Assembly: GCF_006345805.1 (NCBI RefSeq) | Contig: NC_042997.1 | Coordinates: 196,168,001 to 196,232,000 of the forward strand | Direction of reading: 5' to 3' | From: Octopus sinensis | Taxonomy: Eukaryota | Length of the DNA: 64,000 nucleotides | Position numbers and translations under genes: made by a program | Shown here: one piece after another, positions 63,199 to 64,000 of the stretch | Layout of the letters: every line of letters begins with the position of its first letter | How positions within the stretch are numbered: position 1 is the stretch's first letter | The notes under the pieces: model-generated | What the model was told of the DNA's origin: nothing | Database searches by the model: none | What the model saw: only the letters and a program-made list of their open reading frames with translations

Positions 63199-63365
63199 AA
63201 CTGATGTTGCAGAGTTTCCGTCCCCGTAACGCAGCGGTTCGGCAAATCAGACCGATTCAATAAGTACCAGGCTTACAAAGAATAACTCCCGGGGTCGATT
63301 TGGTCAACTAAAGGCCGTGCTCCAGCATAGCCGCAGTCAAACGACTGATACAAATAAAAGAATAA
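63199..63365 (+). mobile_element. SINE family D 3' half (5' part at ~61440-61487), split by the CR1
   Basis: ttgtcccccc precedes the CR1; gtccccgtaac..gccgcagtcaaa follows it. Confidence 0.8.
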
Positions 63366-64000
63366 CAGAATATATATATCAATAAAGTTGCCTGCACGGT
63401 CCATGTTTCGATCGTCACCTTTAACAGTTACTTGTAATATTCACACACATGCACAATAAATATTAATATATACACACATACAATAAATATCAATTTATAT
63501 ACACACACATTCTTATATACATTGTATGTTTTACGTATTTGTAGTGATTTTATCACTAGTTAAACTTTATATAATTGGTAAAAAAAATACTTGCCTTATT
63601 TGTAAATAGATAGCATAATTTTTAATAGCTTTCTCCTATAAATAATACAAAGGCAGTAAATCACCTATTTATTATCTACGTATAACTGAATTCGTACTTT
63701 CCTGTGGAGTTGACTATTAACTTCGAAAGTGTATGAAAAGCAAAAACAAAAAGAAATGAATATGAGAGTGCTCGACAGAACATCCATTTCCACATCAAAT
63801 TATAAACATTTATATGTTTATATTTAAAATTAATGTTGGATGTGTTGCGACGAACTTATACGTACAAAGAACAGGGAGACAGAAATACACGTACACACAC
63901 ACACATACATACAGAAACACACACACAAATATATACACACGAACATGCACACATGCACACAAACAGACACACACACACGTATATATTTATCTATCTATGC

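Overview
AT-rich, microsatellite-saturated eukaryotic DNA. The SINE families, simple-repeat load and TE mix look like a coleoid cephalopod (Octopus-like) genome; this is inference, not a database result. No intact multi-exon gene can be built, and only a few candidate exons are supportable (best: 5466-5638). Nearly all ORF-track entries are translations of (TA)n/(CA)n/(CATA)n repeats or SINEs. The window holds at least five tRNA-derived SINE families, three CR1-clade LINE pieces, a Tx1/L1 3' end sitting in (GATA)n, a stack of R4/Dong-like fragments in (TAA)n, two Penelope-like (GIY-YIG) remnants, a decayed Ty3/Gypsy integrase with LTRs, a TIR MITE pair with 8-bp TSDs, a Helitron, a piggyBac left end and a TSD-flanked 5S rRNA retrocopy. 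The strongest unexplained signal is a set of about 15 type I hammerhead-ribozyme motifs, roughly half with intact catalytic cores. They occur in long foldback palindromes and in a 546-bp tandem repeat with retrozyme-like architecture that could release a 546-nt (circular) RNA. All analysis was by eye; TE end coordinates are approximate unless a TSD is given.
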